Part shown: positions 1 to 10,774 of the stretch, piece by piece
Layout: each line of letters begins with the position of its first letter
Numbering within the stretch: position 1 is the stretch's first letter
From: Cyanophora paradoxa CCMP329
Lineage: Eukaryota; Plantae; Glaucophyta
Assembly (NCBI GenBank): GCA_004431415.1
Contig: QPMI01000074.1
Location: 1-38,700, forward strand
Reading direction: 5' to 3'
DNA: 38,700 nucleotides
Position numbers and translations under genes: made by a program
Notes under the pieces: generated by a model
The model's input: the letters and a program-made list of their open reading frames with translations, nothing else
Databases searched by the model: none
What the model was told of the DNA's origin: nothing

Positions 1-1533
1 GTTTTAAGTCTTTCTGGGGGGATGCAAGGGCATTATCATAACCAGGCTGCTAAAAGAAATCGAAAATCGAACTGGCAGGAGAATAATCGATCTTGTGGAT
101 CTTGTGAGTGGAACTTCCACTGGTGGGATCATTGCAATAGGTTTGAATAAGGCATCCTGATAAACCAGGTGAACCTAAACTGACAGCAAAACGATTTACA
201 CAAATTTACCTAACTCAACTGCCCTTGATTTTCGCAAATCCTCGAAATATAATCGAAAATGCCCTTTTTAATACAAAGTATGATGTGGGACCCTTGGAGA
301 CTGCAATCAATTCAGTTACTGGTGAATCACTAATACAGGATTCCCTAAAGGACATTGTGATACATCCTTTGATACTCAGAATATGAAACCAATATTTATC
401 ACAAATGACAACAATTACAACTTTATGCCTTGTAAGATTGCTGCTAGGGCTACTTCTGCTGCTCCTACATATTTCTCTCCTGTAAGCATTGTTGATTTCA
501 ATCGGGGAGTATATGTCTGTCTCATTGATGGTGCCATTTCGGGAAACAATAATCCCAGTTGTGTGTGGTTACAGCCATGCAAAGAAGATTTACAGTGATG
601 ATGATGATATTATAGTAATAAGCATCTCTTGTGGAGAGGTAGACCCACATTTAGAGTCTGATTATGTGGGTTATGCTTATGAGACTGTGAACAGCTGGGC
701 ATTCTCTCATGGATTGCCTCAACAGATGGAGCCCATTGATTAACATGCTCATGCTGCAAGTGAGCTTTCTGCCCTTGATAAAATGGAGGAGTTGTTACCC
801 TACAACTATGATCAGGATTATGGGAGATATTACAGGCTATCAGTACCTCTTCCAAATCATATAGTAAGCTCCTTGATGACACTTCTAAAATCCAGATATG
901 CTTTCTTTCACAGAAACATACATAGGCAGCAAACAATGATATGATCAATAAGCTTTGCAGCCTTTTAGTAGCAAACTATGAACTAAAGAACCCTACAAAG
1001 GCTTACATCTCATCCACTCTCACTACATCACCTCCTTTGGATGCTAATTGGTATCAGCTTGCAGATGATGCCTTTACTGCCTCATCCTCTGTGACAGGTA
1101 AAGAGCCTTCATGGCTAGACCTTCAGCATTTGGCTGGGAAGCTGGAGCCTATGCTCCTGAACAGATATGGGAAACCCCCACTGAATACCTACAAGTTGCT
1201 TTTCCATATACTTTTGAACTCTCTTCTGTGATTGCCTATGGATCAGGGGACACCAATGCTTTTATTAAGACTTTCAATGTGGCAACATCCACTGATGGGA
1301 TCAACTGGTCTTTTATTCGATCAGATGGGCAGAACAAAATATATGTCTGTGAGAACATCAACAATGCTCACAACTCTGGTGATGTGGCTCTATTGAGTGG
1401 ATTTCCTCTAAGCATCAAGGATGCTTTTTACATAGGTTTCTCTCTCAGAATCAAATATATTCGCATTTATCCCCTTGTGTATGTGAATGCTCCCACAATG
1501 AGAGTTGATTTCACAGGTGCCTTTATTCGATAA
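1..1533 (+). CDS. Patatin-like phospholipase fused to a C-terminal F5/8 type C (discoidin) domain; several frameshifts, 5' end probably off-window
   Basis: Reframing gives VLSLSGGGCKG (Gly loop), GTSTGG (GxSxG nucleophile), ATSAAPTYF, LIDGA..NNP and YYRL..LDD. This runs into AFTASS..EYLQV..F.VATSTDGINW..YIRIYP..MRVDF, the discoidin signature. Confidence 0.8.
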
Positions 1534-2455
1534 ACTCCAACTGAAAAGAATTATCGATTCCATTCATATCAATCAGTTCACCAAAGTAATCTTTAAACTC
1601 AACTGTGAGTTCCCTTATCACCAGGTTTCTGTCATTGATTTGAATAAATTCTGCATGCTCACCACTATGGTAAACATAGCCACCTATATCTTTACTCAAT
1701 TGCAATCTAAGGATAGCTCCCTGGTTATGTGGTTGCGATTTCGGAATTATATTGTGTCTGCTGGCAAAAGGGGCAAGCTCTTTAATGTGCATGTATAGAT
1801 ACTGCTCAGCATTCATATCAGACATCTTTCTGCTGTCAAAATAATATTGCAAGGGCTTAGATGAGAGTCTGGGTCCTGAGAAGGTGATTCCCCATGCTGG
1901 GTGATCAGGTGTTATAGGTTTACCATCATACTTTAAAAGGTTCTCAGGTCGATATGGAGATCCACCAACAGGAGGAGTGCTATAATACCCAGTGGTGTAT
2001 TCAGTAGAACTTACACCCAAAAGCTTCCCTATTCGCTTGTTGCTTGCAATAAAACGAAACTCATGATTACTGTAAAACTCCACTTTATAGGTTGTTGGGT
2101 TGTAGAATATTTTGAACTCAAAAGCTACTGTTTTGCCTGCAATTGTTTGGAAGCTTGAATAGTTCAGCCCATAATTATAAGGGTGTGTGACCCCAAAATG
2201 ACCCTGATTGATGTAGCCACTGGGAAGGGGATACACTTGTTGTGTGATCACTTGGTTATATGAACCATCTTGGTAATTAAACTGAACTGTTAGATGATCA
2301 GTTCCCACACTGTTATAGATACTGTTTGGAATCTCTGCATAGAGAACCCTACATTCCCTTGGTCTCTCTACTGGAGTTGTGAGGGTGACCCTGTAAGAGT
2401 TTTCAGATTCCCCTTGGCTTCTATCCCTGCTATCAATATTAACAAGTCGATTCAT
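1523..2455 (-). CDS. Minor capsid protein (penton-like, single jelly roll)
   Basis: N-terminal VNIDSRDR..YRVTL....AEIPNSIYN and C-terminal YLYMHIKEL...IRELTVEFKDYFGELIDMNGIDNSFQLEF match PLV/virophage/NCLDV penton patterns; lies next to the MCP. Confidence 0.8.
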   Translation of the reverse strand: MNRLVNIDSRDRSQGESENSYRVTLTTPVERPRECRVLYAEIPNSIYNSVGTDHLTVQFNYQDGSYNQVITQQVYPLPSGYINQGHFGVTHPYNYGLNYSSFQTIAGKTVAFEFKIFYNPTTYKVEFYSNHEFRFIASNKRIGKLLGVSSTEYTTGYYSTPPVGGSPYRPENLLKYDGKPITPDHPAWGITFSGPRLSSKPLQYYFDSRKMSDMNAEQYLYMHIKELAPFASRHNIIPKSQPHNQGAILRLQLSKDIGGYVYHSGEHAEFIQINDRNLVIRELTVEFKDYFGELIDMNGIDNSFQLEFIE

Positions 2456-2484
2456 TTTAATATATAAATATAGATAAAAGAAGA

Positions 2485-3487
2485 ATGCCTGTGGATTACA
2501 TCGAGGTTAGCTCATTTAATACAATCTCTGGTGATGGTCCCACATCAAGCTTTGTGGCTAGACTCCCCAGTAGTTATGAGAATGTGAGGGCTGTGAGACT
2601 GGTCTCAGCCGAATTTTATAACAGTATCCCTATGGTGAGTGGTGAAACCAAAGCAGGAGATGTGACAGTTGACAATGCATTTAGCATTTATTATTCTGAA
2701 CAAACTCCTGGAGCTGGAAGCTCAGGAATTCCAACAGTTCGCCCAGCTGCTGACTATGAACAATGGAAACAATTCATTATAAGTCGAAACACCCCATCCA
2801 AAGCACCAGCAACTGGTGAATGTAATTAACTCTAATTCGAAGGCAGAAATCCCAACCATCCATTCGCTGCAAATGGGATGAATCACTGAAACGAATTATA
2901 TTCCACTCAGCAGTACCATTTTACTTGGCTTTCTCAGTAGCTGTGAACCAAGCCAACAAACAATCCAAAAGCTGTTGAGTTCAGCTAGACTGCTGGTCTT
3001 GATCCTGGAAGATATGGTAACTCCCCAATCCAATCACAGGTCTATGATGCTCTCACTGATGGAATCTTTACTGGTGGTCGCGTGAATGGCATTATATCTT
3101 CTTTTGAGCCTGAGAAGACCAGGGACAGTGTTTTGTTTGTGAGAGTAAAGGAGCTGGGTGATCTGGTGCAATGTGGGGATGGTCTTCTGACTGGTTACTT
3201 TCACAAAATAGTGGTCCCTGATAAAGACTATGGTGAGCATGTTGTTTACATTCAACAGAAGCTCACCCACTTTACAATACTATAATAAAAAGGTTGGATT
3301 ATCCACTTTCTCGGTTGATATTGTAAATGCTATTAATGAACCAATTGATTTTGAGGGTCAACCTGTTCATCTGACCTTTGAAATTCGCTATGGTGATGAG
3401 CCAGCTGGGGACCCAGTTTATGAATACTTCAAGATGCGAATGTCACAGCTTCACCCTTCCTATCCAGTTATTACAAACTTCGCATAA
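2485..3487 (+). CDS. Second minor capsid (penton-like) paralog, frameshifted
   Basis: ORF pieces 2485-2829, 3082-3285 and 3230-3487 join into IEVSS..SSFVARLPSSYENVRAVRLVSAEFYNS ... LFVRVKEL ... LSTFSVDIVNAINEPIDFEGQPVHLTFEI, the same pattern as 1523-2455. Confidence 0.72.
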
Positions 3488-3540
3488 ATTAAGGATCATT
3501 GGTAGATTTTTTATGTTGCAGTATAATAAAAGAGAATATA

Positions 3541-4908
3541 ATGGATATCACTTCCACTCTTCAAAGACTTTCGCTGAAAGAAGCCCTAACAACCCCAGAA
3601 GAGGCGAAAGCCTTTTTCCTGGATAACTCCCTTATGCTTGGTCTCGAATCCAAGTCTAAGCCAGTTCTAGTTGTTGTGAATCCCAGCAATACTTTTGAGA
3701 ATAATGTTGGAAATCGCATTTCCTTCAAGCTACCTCGCTACAATTTCTGTGGAAAACTCGAACTTGCTTTCGACCTTCCAGCCATCACGTTTGCTGGTGA
3801 TACTGACCTAGTTCGCAATGGATACACTCGCCCAGTTGGTGCTTTAGTTCAGCGACTTGAAATTACCTATGGATCTTACACCTACCATATTCCATCTGAT
3901 TTCCTTGCTCATTTCCCCCTGGTCTATTATTCGGAGGATCAACTAGCTAAAAAGAAGCGATCAATGGGCATGGTTCATGGCATCCCTGCTCATGGAACCA
4001 ACCGCCTTGGTGGCTCATTCTTTGTTGAAATTCCTGTGCCTTGGCTAAATCACTACCTTCCCCTTGGTGCTTTATCTGGTGAAATGGTTGTTACTGTTTG
4101 GTTTAAGGATGCTGATAAGGGTTATGTTGAAACTTCCTATGGTGGTCGTGAACTCACAACTGCTGTTGGAACTGTTGATGCAACCGCTGATGATGGTCTT
4201 GGAAACTTCACAGATGGAACTCTTGCCCATGTTGGTCAAAACATCACCAGTTTTAATCTTGGTGCAACAACCCCTGGTATTACAATTACCTCTCCTCGCC
4301 TTTACATGCATGCTGTTAATGTTTCTGATGAGCTTTTCGCTACTGTAATTGAAAAGGTTAAGACTACTGGCATGGCTATTCCTGCTCTAGACATTGGGTT
4401 TGTAGATGCTAGTGCTTTCCCTGCCAAGGGCAATGCCCAACCCAATCGAATTAACCTCTCTCAAATCTCAGGACTGGTTTATGCTCTGCTTGTTTCAGTT
4501 CGTGATAATGCAACTGTTGATAAATCCACTGGCTCTCACAGTGTTCTTAAGACCTATGCCAACTCAAAAGAGATAACATTCACAACTGAAATAAATGGTC
4601 AGCGACTTTTTGCCACTGAGCCAATTTCCCTACTCAAAGGTGCTGAGCTAATTGCTGATGCCTTCAAATGCTCTAACATGGATAAGGTTGCTGATCGCTA
4701 TGTCCTTTCAGGATTGCCTTTCTGCCTTGATGGAGAAAAGGCGATTCGAAATATTGCCCAGTCTGGTTATGTTGATTTAACAAATTCCTCCTCTTCATTC
4801 CTCACCCTCTACATGCCTTCAGATAAGGTAATCGATGTTAATGTTCGCGCTCTCATGCATAGCTTTATTATTGTCGACAAAGATGGTCTGAGACGTATAA
4901 ATCTTTAA
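3541..4908 (+). CDS. Major capsid protein (double jelly roll, PLV/Polinton type)
   Basis: About 455 aa from the ATG at 3541, beta-rich (GNRISFKLPR, LELAFDLP, LVQRLEITYG, FFVEIPVPW, LPLGAL..EMVVTVWF). Sits between the pentons and the packaging ATPase. Confidence 0.8.
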   Translation: MDITSTLQRLSLKEALTTPEEAKAFFLDNSLMLGLESKSKPVLVVVNPSNTFENNVGNRISFKLPRYNFCGKLELAFDLPAITFAGDTDLVRNGYTRPVGALVQRLEITYGSYTYHIPSDFLAHFPLVYYSEDQLAKKKRSMGMVHGIPAHGTNRLGGSFFVEIPVPWLNHYLPLGALSGEMVVTVWFKDADKGYVETSYGGRELTTAVGTVDATADDGLGNFTDGTLAHVGQNITSFNLGATTPGITITSPRLYMHAVNVSDELFATVIEKVKTTGMAIPALDIGFVDASAFPAKGNAQPNRINLSQISGLVYALLVSVRDNATVDKSTGSHSVLKTYANSKEITFTTEINGQRLFATEPISLLKGAELIADAFKCSNMDKVADRYVLSGLPFCLDGEKAIRNIAQSGYVDLTNSSSSFLTLYMPSDKVIDVNVRALMHSFIIVDKDGLRRINL

Positions 4909-4972
4909 ATGTTACCATTTTCAGTCTCCCTGCATTATTTTTATCTGTCTTTATTTAGGAAGATCTACAACA

Positions 4973-5767
4973 ATGACTATACCAAGTTCTGATCTGGATG
5001 AATTTGTGGCTGGTGAAATGATAGAACCCCCTTTCAGACTACTCATACTAGGTAAAAGTGGATGCGGAAAAACTGAAGCCGTAAAATATTATTTGAAACA
5101 GCTGCATGATGCCAAAAAGATTGATACAACCCTTATTATATCCGCTACCTCATTCTCACATTTCTGGGACAAAGCTGCTACTGTTCAACTGGGTGCATGG
5201 GATCCCCAATACATGTCGAAAATTATAAAAGAAAGAGAGGCAAAAAGGGAGAAAGGAGAAGAACTTAACCATATGCTGGTGATTTTAGAGGATATGATAG
5301 AAAATGACCAGCTGGATCTCAGTCGAGATAAAACAGTGGGAATGCTTTATGTTCGTGGCAGACATGTCAATATATCAATTATAACTATTTCCCAAAAATT
5401 AAGAAAGGTCGCAAGTGTTATTCGCTGCAATAGTGATATAGTAATTATGGTTTGTGCAAGCAACCAAAAAGAGCTGGAAGCATTTGCAGAGGAGTTTTCG
5501 ACATTTCCTCGAAAAGAAGATTTCTATAAACTGTTTGAAGAGTATGTCCACTCATACCAGTTCCTTGTTTATACATCTTTCAAGTATAATGTGGGCTACT
5601 ATGTTGATAAAGCCGATTTAGTTGGAGATTTCGATTTTCCTCGCTTCCACAGGAAGCCCAAGAAGAAAGAAGATGAACTGAAACCACCAGAGAAAGAGGA
5701 AGCCCCCAAAGAAGTGAAAAGCCAAGTCCATAGCAATAAATTGATGCGATATAAACGCGGTTTATAA
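4973..5767 (+). CDS. A32-like (FtsK/HerA superfamily) genome packaging ATPase
   Basis: Walker A GKSGCGKT, Walker B LVILED, GRHVNISIITISQ and IRCNSD motifs. Confidence 0.92.
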   Translation: MTIPSSDLDEFVAGEMIEPPFRLLILGKSGCGKTEAVKYYLKQLHDAKKIDTTLIISATSFSHFWDKAATVQLGAWDPQYMSKIIKEREAKREKGEELNHMLVILEDMIENDQLDLSRDKTVGMLYVRGRHVNISIITISQKLRKVASVIRCNSDIVIMVCASNQKELEAFAEEFSTFPRKEDFYKLFEEYVHSYQFLVYTSFKYNVGYYVDKADLVGDFDFPRFHRKPKKKEDELKPPEKEEAPKEVKSQVHSNKLMRYKRGL

Positions 5768-5795
5768 AATTATCTCTCATTCTAATAAAGATACA

Positions 5796-6530
5796 ATGCC
5801 TCCCAAACGAAAAATAGGGATCCCTGCTGGGGCTGTTGGCTATTCAGGTGGTGGAAACAATGGATCCATTAACACAGACCCACTGAAATTCAATGGTATG
5901 AATGAAGTGAAGCCCTCTCAACAACAAGAAGACCCCCTCAATGCTGCCTATGAGGAATCATTTGATGACAAAGCCCCACAGGCTTCAACCAGTGACCAAC
6001 TCAACATTTCACCTGAAGCCTCAAAGATGAAGGCTGTAGCTGAGGGAGCCAGGCGAATTATTGGTGCTGCTGATGATAAAGGTTTAGGCTTGCAAGATCT
6101 ATCACTGGCTCGCAAAGGTGAGGGTCTCAGTAAAGAATCAGACAAGGTAATCCAGTCTATGGCTGGTGAAGTCACATATAAGACTGCTCCCACTCAAAAT
6201 ATTCATCGAATTCCCAAGGCTCAATGGGATGAGATGACTGCTAAACTCAAAGATCTGGAAGCCAAATCCAGTGCTTTGGAGCAGTATGTTACTGAGAAGA
6301 AAGAGAGAGCCAAGCTAAAGGAGATGCTTCGAAAGGAAGTTTATAAAATGGGCATTACTGGTGTCCCAGATAAACAGTTTATTGCTAAGAAAGAGAACCA
6401 AATCGATGAGCAAGCAGTAGATGAAATGAAAACAAAGACCCAAAAGGGAACCATTGAACCTGGTGCCACTAAAACTGAAGTAGAAAAGGGAGTAGCTCCC
6501 ACAGTATATAAAAGACGAGTTTGGCTTTAA
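5796..6530 (+). CDS. Hypothetical viral protein with a coiled-coil, charged C-terminal half
   Basis: Intact 244-aa ORF, tightly packed after the ATPase, starts MPPKRK. Confidence 0.65.
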   Translation: MPPKRKIGIPAGAVGYSGGGNNGSINTDPLKFNGMNEVKPSQQQEDPLNAAYEESFDDKAPQASTSDQLNISPEASKMKAVAEGARRIIGAADDKGLGLQDLSLARKGEGLSKESDKVIQSMAGEVTYKTAPTQNIHRIPKAQWDEMTAKLKDLEAKSSALEQYVTEKKERAKLKEMLRKEVYKMGITGVPDKQFIAKKENQIDEQAVDEMKTKTQKGTIEPGATKTEVEKGVAPTVYKRRVWL

Positions 6531-6552
6531 TTTTCTCTGTTTTATTAGAGAC

Positions 6553-6825
6553 ATGGATATAATACGAAAGTTTATTGAGATGCTCAGTCTGCATGTGGTA
6601 AGCAATTGCCACAGTGGATGCTGTGACACAACAATAGAGTTTGAGATGTCAGATACTGAGGATAATGTATCTGAGGCAAGAGAGAGAAGGAGATCAACAG
6701 TTTCTGTGGAGTCAATGCCAGCAGACCCCACAGAGTATACATATGAGCAACAGGAGTATCCAAGGAGAAGTTCTCTGCCAGCAGAAAACGTTTTCTCTGG
6801 GAATATAAATGGAGGACACTATTAG
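6553..6825 (+). CDS. Small hypothetical protein
   Basis: 90-aa ATG ORF in the gene run; CHSGCC motif and acidic tail. Confidence 0.5.
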   Translation: MDIIRKFIEMLSLHVVSNCHSGCCDTTIEFEMSDTEDNVSEARERRRSTVSVESMPADPTEYTYEQQEYPRRSSLPAENVFSGNINGGHY

Positions 6826-7054
6826 TTTAATCGAGTTTACCAGTGATGAACCTGTTACTGAGGGTTCTATAAGACACATTCTGGCAATGCAGAAACGATA
6901 TAGAGAGGACCCAGAATATAGAGAGTATAAAAAGCAGCAAGCCCTGGCATCCTATTATCGCAGAAAAGCCCAAAAAGAGGAGCAGAGACCCAGAGGGAGA
7001 CCGATTAAATATTATTTGCCTACTGATAGTAGCAATGGACCCCCAGGTCTATAA
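6809..7054 (+). CDS. Small basic protein with an AT-hook (RPRGRP)
   Basis: KRYREDPEYRE..YYRRK..RPRGRPIKY. Confidence 0.55.
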   Translation: MEDTISLIEFTSDEPVTEGSIRHILAMQKRYREDPEYREYKKQQALASYYRRKAQKEEQRPRGRPIKYYLPTDSSNGPPGL

Positions 7055-7147
7055 GATAATTGAGCAAAAGCGGTCTCAGTATGCCACTGAGGCAGCTATA
7101 AAAATATATACAAAGGAATTGGCTTTATACTTGCAATCAATTGCAAG

Positions 7148-7369
7148 TCACAGATAACTTTTGTAAATATGCTTTTGTAATTTTTTGTTTGCATTTTCAG
7201 ACACTGAAACAGTTATGTGAATGTTTACTGATCTATTCCTCTTTGGTTTAGCTGCATACATATTGTAACCTATCAATCTCTGTGACATTTCGATATATGC
7301 CCCTATATCTCCATGCTTTATGCATTTATCTAACTCACTCATGGTCATCTCATCAAGAGTCTTTGCCAT
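7148..7369 (-). CDS. Small hypothetical protein
   Basis: Likely start MAKTLDEM with AAAATG context, inside ORF 7148-7444. Confidence 0.4.
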   Translation of the reverse strand: MAKTLDEMTMSELDKCIKHGDIGAYIEMSQRLIGYNMYAAKPKRNRSVNIHITVSVSENANKKLQKHIYKSYL

Positions 7370-7436
7370 TTTGTCTTCACTATACACAATCAAGTAAGCC
7401 TTAAGTATTCTTGTCAAATTTTGGTCTTTTTCGATA

Positions 7437-7534
7437 GGTGTCACAGGTGTTCACAGGTTTTTATCGTCCCCTGGTCATTTTTCTTTTTATAGCCCCCTAG
7501 ATGGGATGGACCTGTGACACCTGTGAACAACACC
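7437..7534. repeat. Imperfect inverted repeat built from tandem TGTCACAGG units; candidate replication origin
   Basis: ggtgtcacaggtgttcacaggtt...gggatggacctgtgacacctgtgaacaacacc, just past the primase-helicase stop codon. A second copy is at 17001-17091. Confidence 0.75.
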
Positions 7535-7589
7535 ATTTCCAGTAAGGCTATAAAAATTAAATATACATTTCAATCATAAATCGTTTTGT

Positions 7590-9917
7590 TTAATATTCAA
7601 CATCCTCTCCATTGTCTTCTTGAACCCTTGTTATCTTTCGAAGTCCAATGTAGCCCCTTGCTCTGGTTCCCTGAATTCGTTTAACCTCTGATTTCACATT
7701 GAAGATTTCCCTTACTCTCTTCATCACAGAAACACATTCAACTTTATCATCCACACTTCTGTATGATTTGTAAATGGTATCACTCGAAACAAAGTCGTTT
7801 GCATTATGGGTAACTTCGAAATTATCCCTAAGCCATTCACCAATCTTGTCATTTTCAGCTATAAAGTTTATTCCCTGCTCAATAATCGATTGAGGGGGAT
7901 TTCTTAAGATCTCTTCAACTTCTTTGTTCTTCCACATATCCAGTAATATCTTCATGTGAGCCATCTTATACTCATCATCATTGTGAAGAAGTGTGAACAG
8001 AGTTGGGTCAGCTTTCTTTTGACCAGCTTCAGGCTTCTCTCTGAATATATTATTGAATCTCTGGTATGAAAGCCTTCTTTGAATTGCAAAGTCTGGTTTA
8101 TTTATAGTCAAATTGTCATTAGTTGTAATGTAAACCTGGAACATTGGAGTGAGGATTACTGGGTCTTTGAACAAGGCTCTCACAGTCATTTCATTTCCAC
8201 CTGTGACCTCCTTAATTTTGGAAATTTGCAGTTTATCACCATCTTCAGCCTCATTACTGAATACAAGTCGCTTTCCCAGGAGTTTGGCAAGTTCAGGGGT
8301 AGCATCTGATGAGTTCTTCTTAGGTTTGGTCCAATAGGATATTTCGAGAGGGCTGTAATAAGCCCCAGATATCTGTTTGCAGTATTCCTGAACAAGTGAT
8401 TTACCATTAGCACCAGCACCAGTCCACATGTAGAACTTCTGTGATTTTGTTGATCCACTCAAAGCAATTGCAATAGATGCCAGAAGATAGTTTCGCTCTG
8501 CTGGATCATCTACAATCTCTCTATAAATCTGATTGAGATGCTCCACTTTCTTGGGGTCTACATTCTCAGTATAATCATAACCCACACTCTTGCTCACCAT
8601 GTCTTCCAGTTTACCCTTTCTGAAAGTCATAGTTGTCAGATCAAATACACCATTATCGAATCCAATTACATATGGAACTGTATCAATCTTCTCGTAAAAC
8701 TCATCATCATTTAGCAGAGGGAGCAGATCAGTCAGAAGGGATTTGCGATATCCTGATTGTTTAAGATTTTTGGCAATAGAAATTAATGTTTTCGATTTCT
8801 CTTCGAAAGCTGTTCTATTCTCTTCATCCTTCAAAGCTCTTTGACTATAATGCACAGCCCTGCCAAGGTATTGAGGGACAACAAGGCAACTAATGTCTAG
8901 GTAAATCTTTTGGTTTGTGTCATCATGCTCCCAAATCCCAGTATCAGTATTGAGTTTGAACCATGACTTTTTGGAGTATCTCCAAGTGTGTTGTAGGACC
9001 TCTTTGCACACAAGACTGACATCATAATGAGCGCCTCCAGAGCCAGCGGATTTATCAATGAGATTGAAGATATCAGATTGCATTCCAATGAAGATAAATC
9101 GTTTTTTGCAATTGCCACTGTAGCTGGACACAATATACTTTTTATCTTCCCCTTTGGCTTTCATAACATACCAGTTATTCGATTCATGTGACCCATTGCA
9201 GCATGGGCAATTGAGTCCCTTATTAGCAGCATCAAAGTTAAAGCCCAGTTCAGTTTTAGAGATTATATTGGGATGCATAAAGCCCATATCCACCAGCTCT
9301 TTCATAATACTCTTTTCCAATTCATCATGTGAGGTAGCATTAGCAGTATACTCACTCTTATAGATATAGTTGTCTATAATCCACTTTTTGAACTCATCAG
9401 TAGGCTCATTGAAATCACAGGTATCATCCCATGGGGCAATCACCCAAGTCTTGTTCACACTAGGACAAACATTGATCAATCCAGAAGTTCCAGTTCCAGT
9501 GATTGTTTTCAGGTCAACCTTTTCAAAGCCTTTAAAGCCTGGAGCCTTATCGGTGATTTTGAGTTTATTGAACTCCTCAGGTCGTTTAAAGTAGACATGA
9601 TAGCCTTTTTTAGTTTTTGCCATGGGTTGATTGGCATCAAAGTCATCAGGAAACATATCTCGGAATTTCTCAAAGTCCTCCTCATCATCAAAGTCAATAA
9701 CCATCATGTTGTCTGAGAGCAGAATGCCCCAAGATACATACTGATTAGTTGCCAGCGCTTCCTCATACTTTTCCCAGGACCAAGCACCTCCCTTATGCTT
9801 GAAAACTGGGTCTTTGCTGTCAGGTTTCACTGGGATAATCATGTTTTTGGCAAGTTCCTCATCAGAACGAAGCCAGTTAGCGAGCGATTTAATTAACTTG
9901 GTCTGTTTGGCGTTCAT
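7590..9917 (-). CDS. Primase-helicase: N-terminal PrimPol (AEP) domain, Zn finger, D5-like SF3 helicase
   Basis: MVIDFDD and TKKGYHVYF (AEP motifs), CPCCNGSH..C, IGFDNGVFDL (D5_N), Walker A GAGANGKS, KRLVFSNE, IKEVTGG..VRALF, AIQRR. Confidence 0.93.
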   Translation of the reverse strand: MNAKQTKLIKSLANWLRSDEELAKNMIIPVKPDSKDPVFKHKGGAWSWEKYEEALATNQYVSWGILLSDNMMVIDFDDEEDFEKFRDMFPDDFDANQPMAKTKKGYHVYFKRPEEFNKLKITDKAPGFKGFEKVDLKTITGTGTSGLINVCPSVNKTWVIAPWDDTCDFNEPTDEFKKWIIDNYIYKSEYTANATSHDELEKSIMKELVDMGFMHPNIISKTELGFNFDAANKGLNCPCCNGSHESNNWYVMKAKGEDKKYIVSSYSGNCKKRFIFIGMQSDIFNLIDKSAGSGGAHYDVSLVCKEVLQHTWRYSKKSWFKLNTDTGIWEHDDTNQKIYLDISCLVVPQYLGRAVHYSQRALKDEENRTAFEEKSKTLISIAKNLKQSGYRKSLLTDLLPLLNDDEFYEKIDTVPYVIGFDNGVFDLTTMTFRKGKLEDMVSKSVGYDYTENVDPKKVEHLNQIYREIVDDPAERNYLLASIAIALSGSTKSQKFYMWTGAGANGKSLVQEYCKQISGAYYSPLEISYWTKPKKNSSDATPELAKLLGKRLVFSNEAEDGDKLQISKIKEVTGGNEMTVRALFKDPVILTPMFQVYITTNDNLTINKPDFAIQRRLSYQRFNNIFREKPEAGQKKADPTLFTLLHNDDEYKMAHMKILLDMWKNKEVEEILRNPPQSIIEQGINFIAENDKIGEWLRDNFEVTHNANDFVSSDTIYKSYRSVDDKVECVSVMKRVREIFNVKSEVKRIQGTRARGYIGLRKITRVQEDNGEDVEY

Positions 9918-9940
9918 TTTCAGCGATCGGGGTCCCTTTT

Positions 9941-9997
9941 ATATATATAGAAGATTTTTCTTTAAGTAGTTTTGGGTCCCCCAATCATTTTTTGTTG
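9941..9997 (-). promoter_or_regulatory. Conserved upstream motif copy 1 (CAACAAAAAATGA..TTAAAGAA..CTATATATA)
   Basis: The same three boxes recur at 10403-10438 and 10775-10824, each just upstream of a minus-strand ATG. Confidence 0.6.
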
Positions 9998-10128
9998 GAA
10001 ATCGAGAAAGTATCCCTACGAAATTTATCCACATGATATATCGAGTGGTTCAGATACAAAAACGATAAAGTAGTATTTCAGCGAATAAACAGCATATCCC
10101 AGCCTAGTAATATGCTGGGAAAAATAAT

Positions 10129-10383
10129 TTAGACATGTTTCAATTTTCTCCCTCGATTTGAGTAAGGGACATCATACAAATACTTGACAAAGCAGACTGC
10201 ATTGGCTGCATACTTTCGCTGACATGAACTTGCTATTTTCATTGCTCTATAGGTATCATCGGTTTGATATAGATCTCTAAGCTGTGTGGCTATTTTTTCG
10301 TTAAACTTTTTGATTTGAGCCTTACCTTTTTCAGTTTGCTGGTATCTCTTCATAGCTCTCTTCTGGGCTTCACTGAGTGGCAT
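10129..10383 (-). CDS. Small basic hypothetical protein (possibly DNA-binding)
   Basis: MPLSEAQKRAMKRYQQTEKGK start, preceded by the conserved motif. Confidence 0.6.
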   Translation of the reverse strand: MPLSEAQKRAMKRYQQTEKGKAQIKKFNEKIATQLRDLYQTDDTYRAMKIASSCQRKYAANAVCFVKYLYDVPYSNRGRKLKHV

Positions 10384-10402
10384 TTTTCCTCTGTCTCTCT
10401 TA

Positions 10403-10438
10403 ATATATATAGAGAATTCTTTAAATCATTTTTTGTTG
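10403..10438 (-). promoter_or_regulatory. Conserved upstream motif copy 2
   Basis: + strand atatatatagagaattctttaaatcattttttgttg; shares the 14-mer atcattttttgttg with 9984-9997. Confidence 0.6.
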
Positions 10439-10439
10439 C

Positions 10440-10757
10440 TCAGCCAAATGTAATTGTTTCCACATCACATGCATTGTAGTCCAGAATGTTGAACAAGGTG
10501 AACTCTGGATACTGTAATGTGTTTCTACAGAATGGGCATTTTGTATTCCCGACTATTTCCTCTTGCTGTTTCATACACCCTATACAGATTGTCTTGAAGC
10601 ATTGATCACATACAAACTGATCATAGCTAGTCTCATCACATTTACATAAACTGCATAGAATTCGTTTATATTCTGAGTTTTCACAGGTTTCATTTCTTTC
10701 TCTAATGTTTCTCAGGATTGCTGGAATATTAAGCGTTCTTTGACTCTCTTGGTTCAT
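10440..10757 (-). CDS. RING-finger protein
   Basis: CSLC..CDQCFKTICIGC..CPFCR; likely start MNQESQ at 10757. Confidence 0.75.
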   Translation of the reverse strand: MNQESQRTLNIPAILRNIRERNETCENSEYKRILCSLCKCDETSYDQFVCDQCFKTICIGCMKQQEEIVGNTKCPFCRNTLQYPEFTLFNILDYNACDVETITFG

Positions 10758-10774
10758 TTTTGCTATTTGTCTTC

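Noticed and set aside
5272-5295. ATPase inactivation because Walker B reads LVILED rather than hhhhDD
   Set aside because: Two acidic residues remain and all other motifs are intact; too weak to call.
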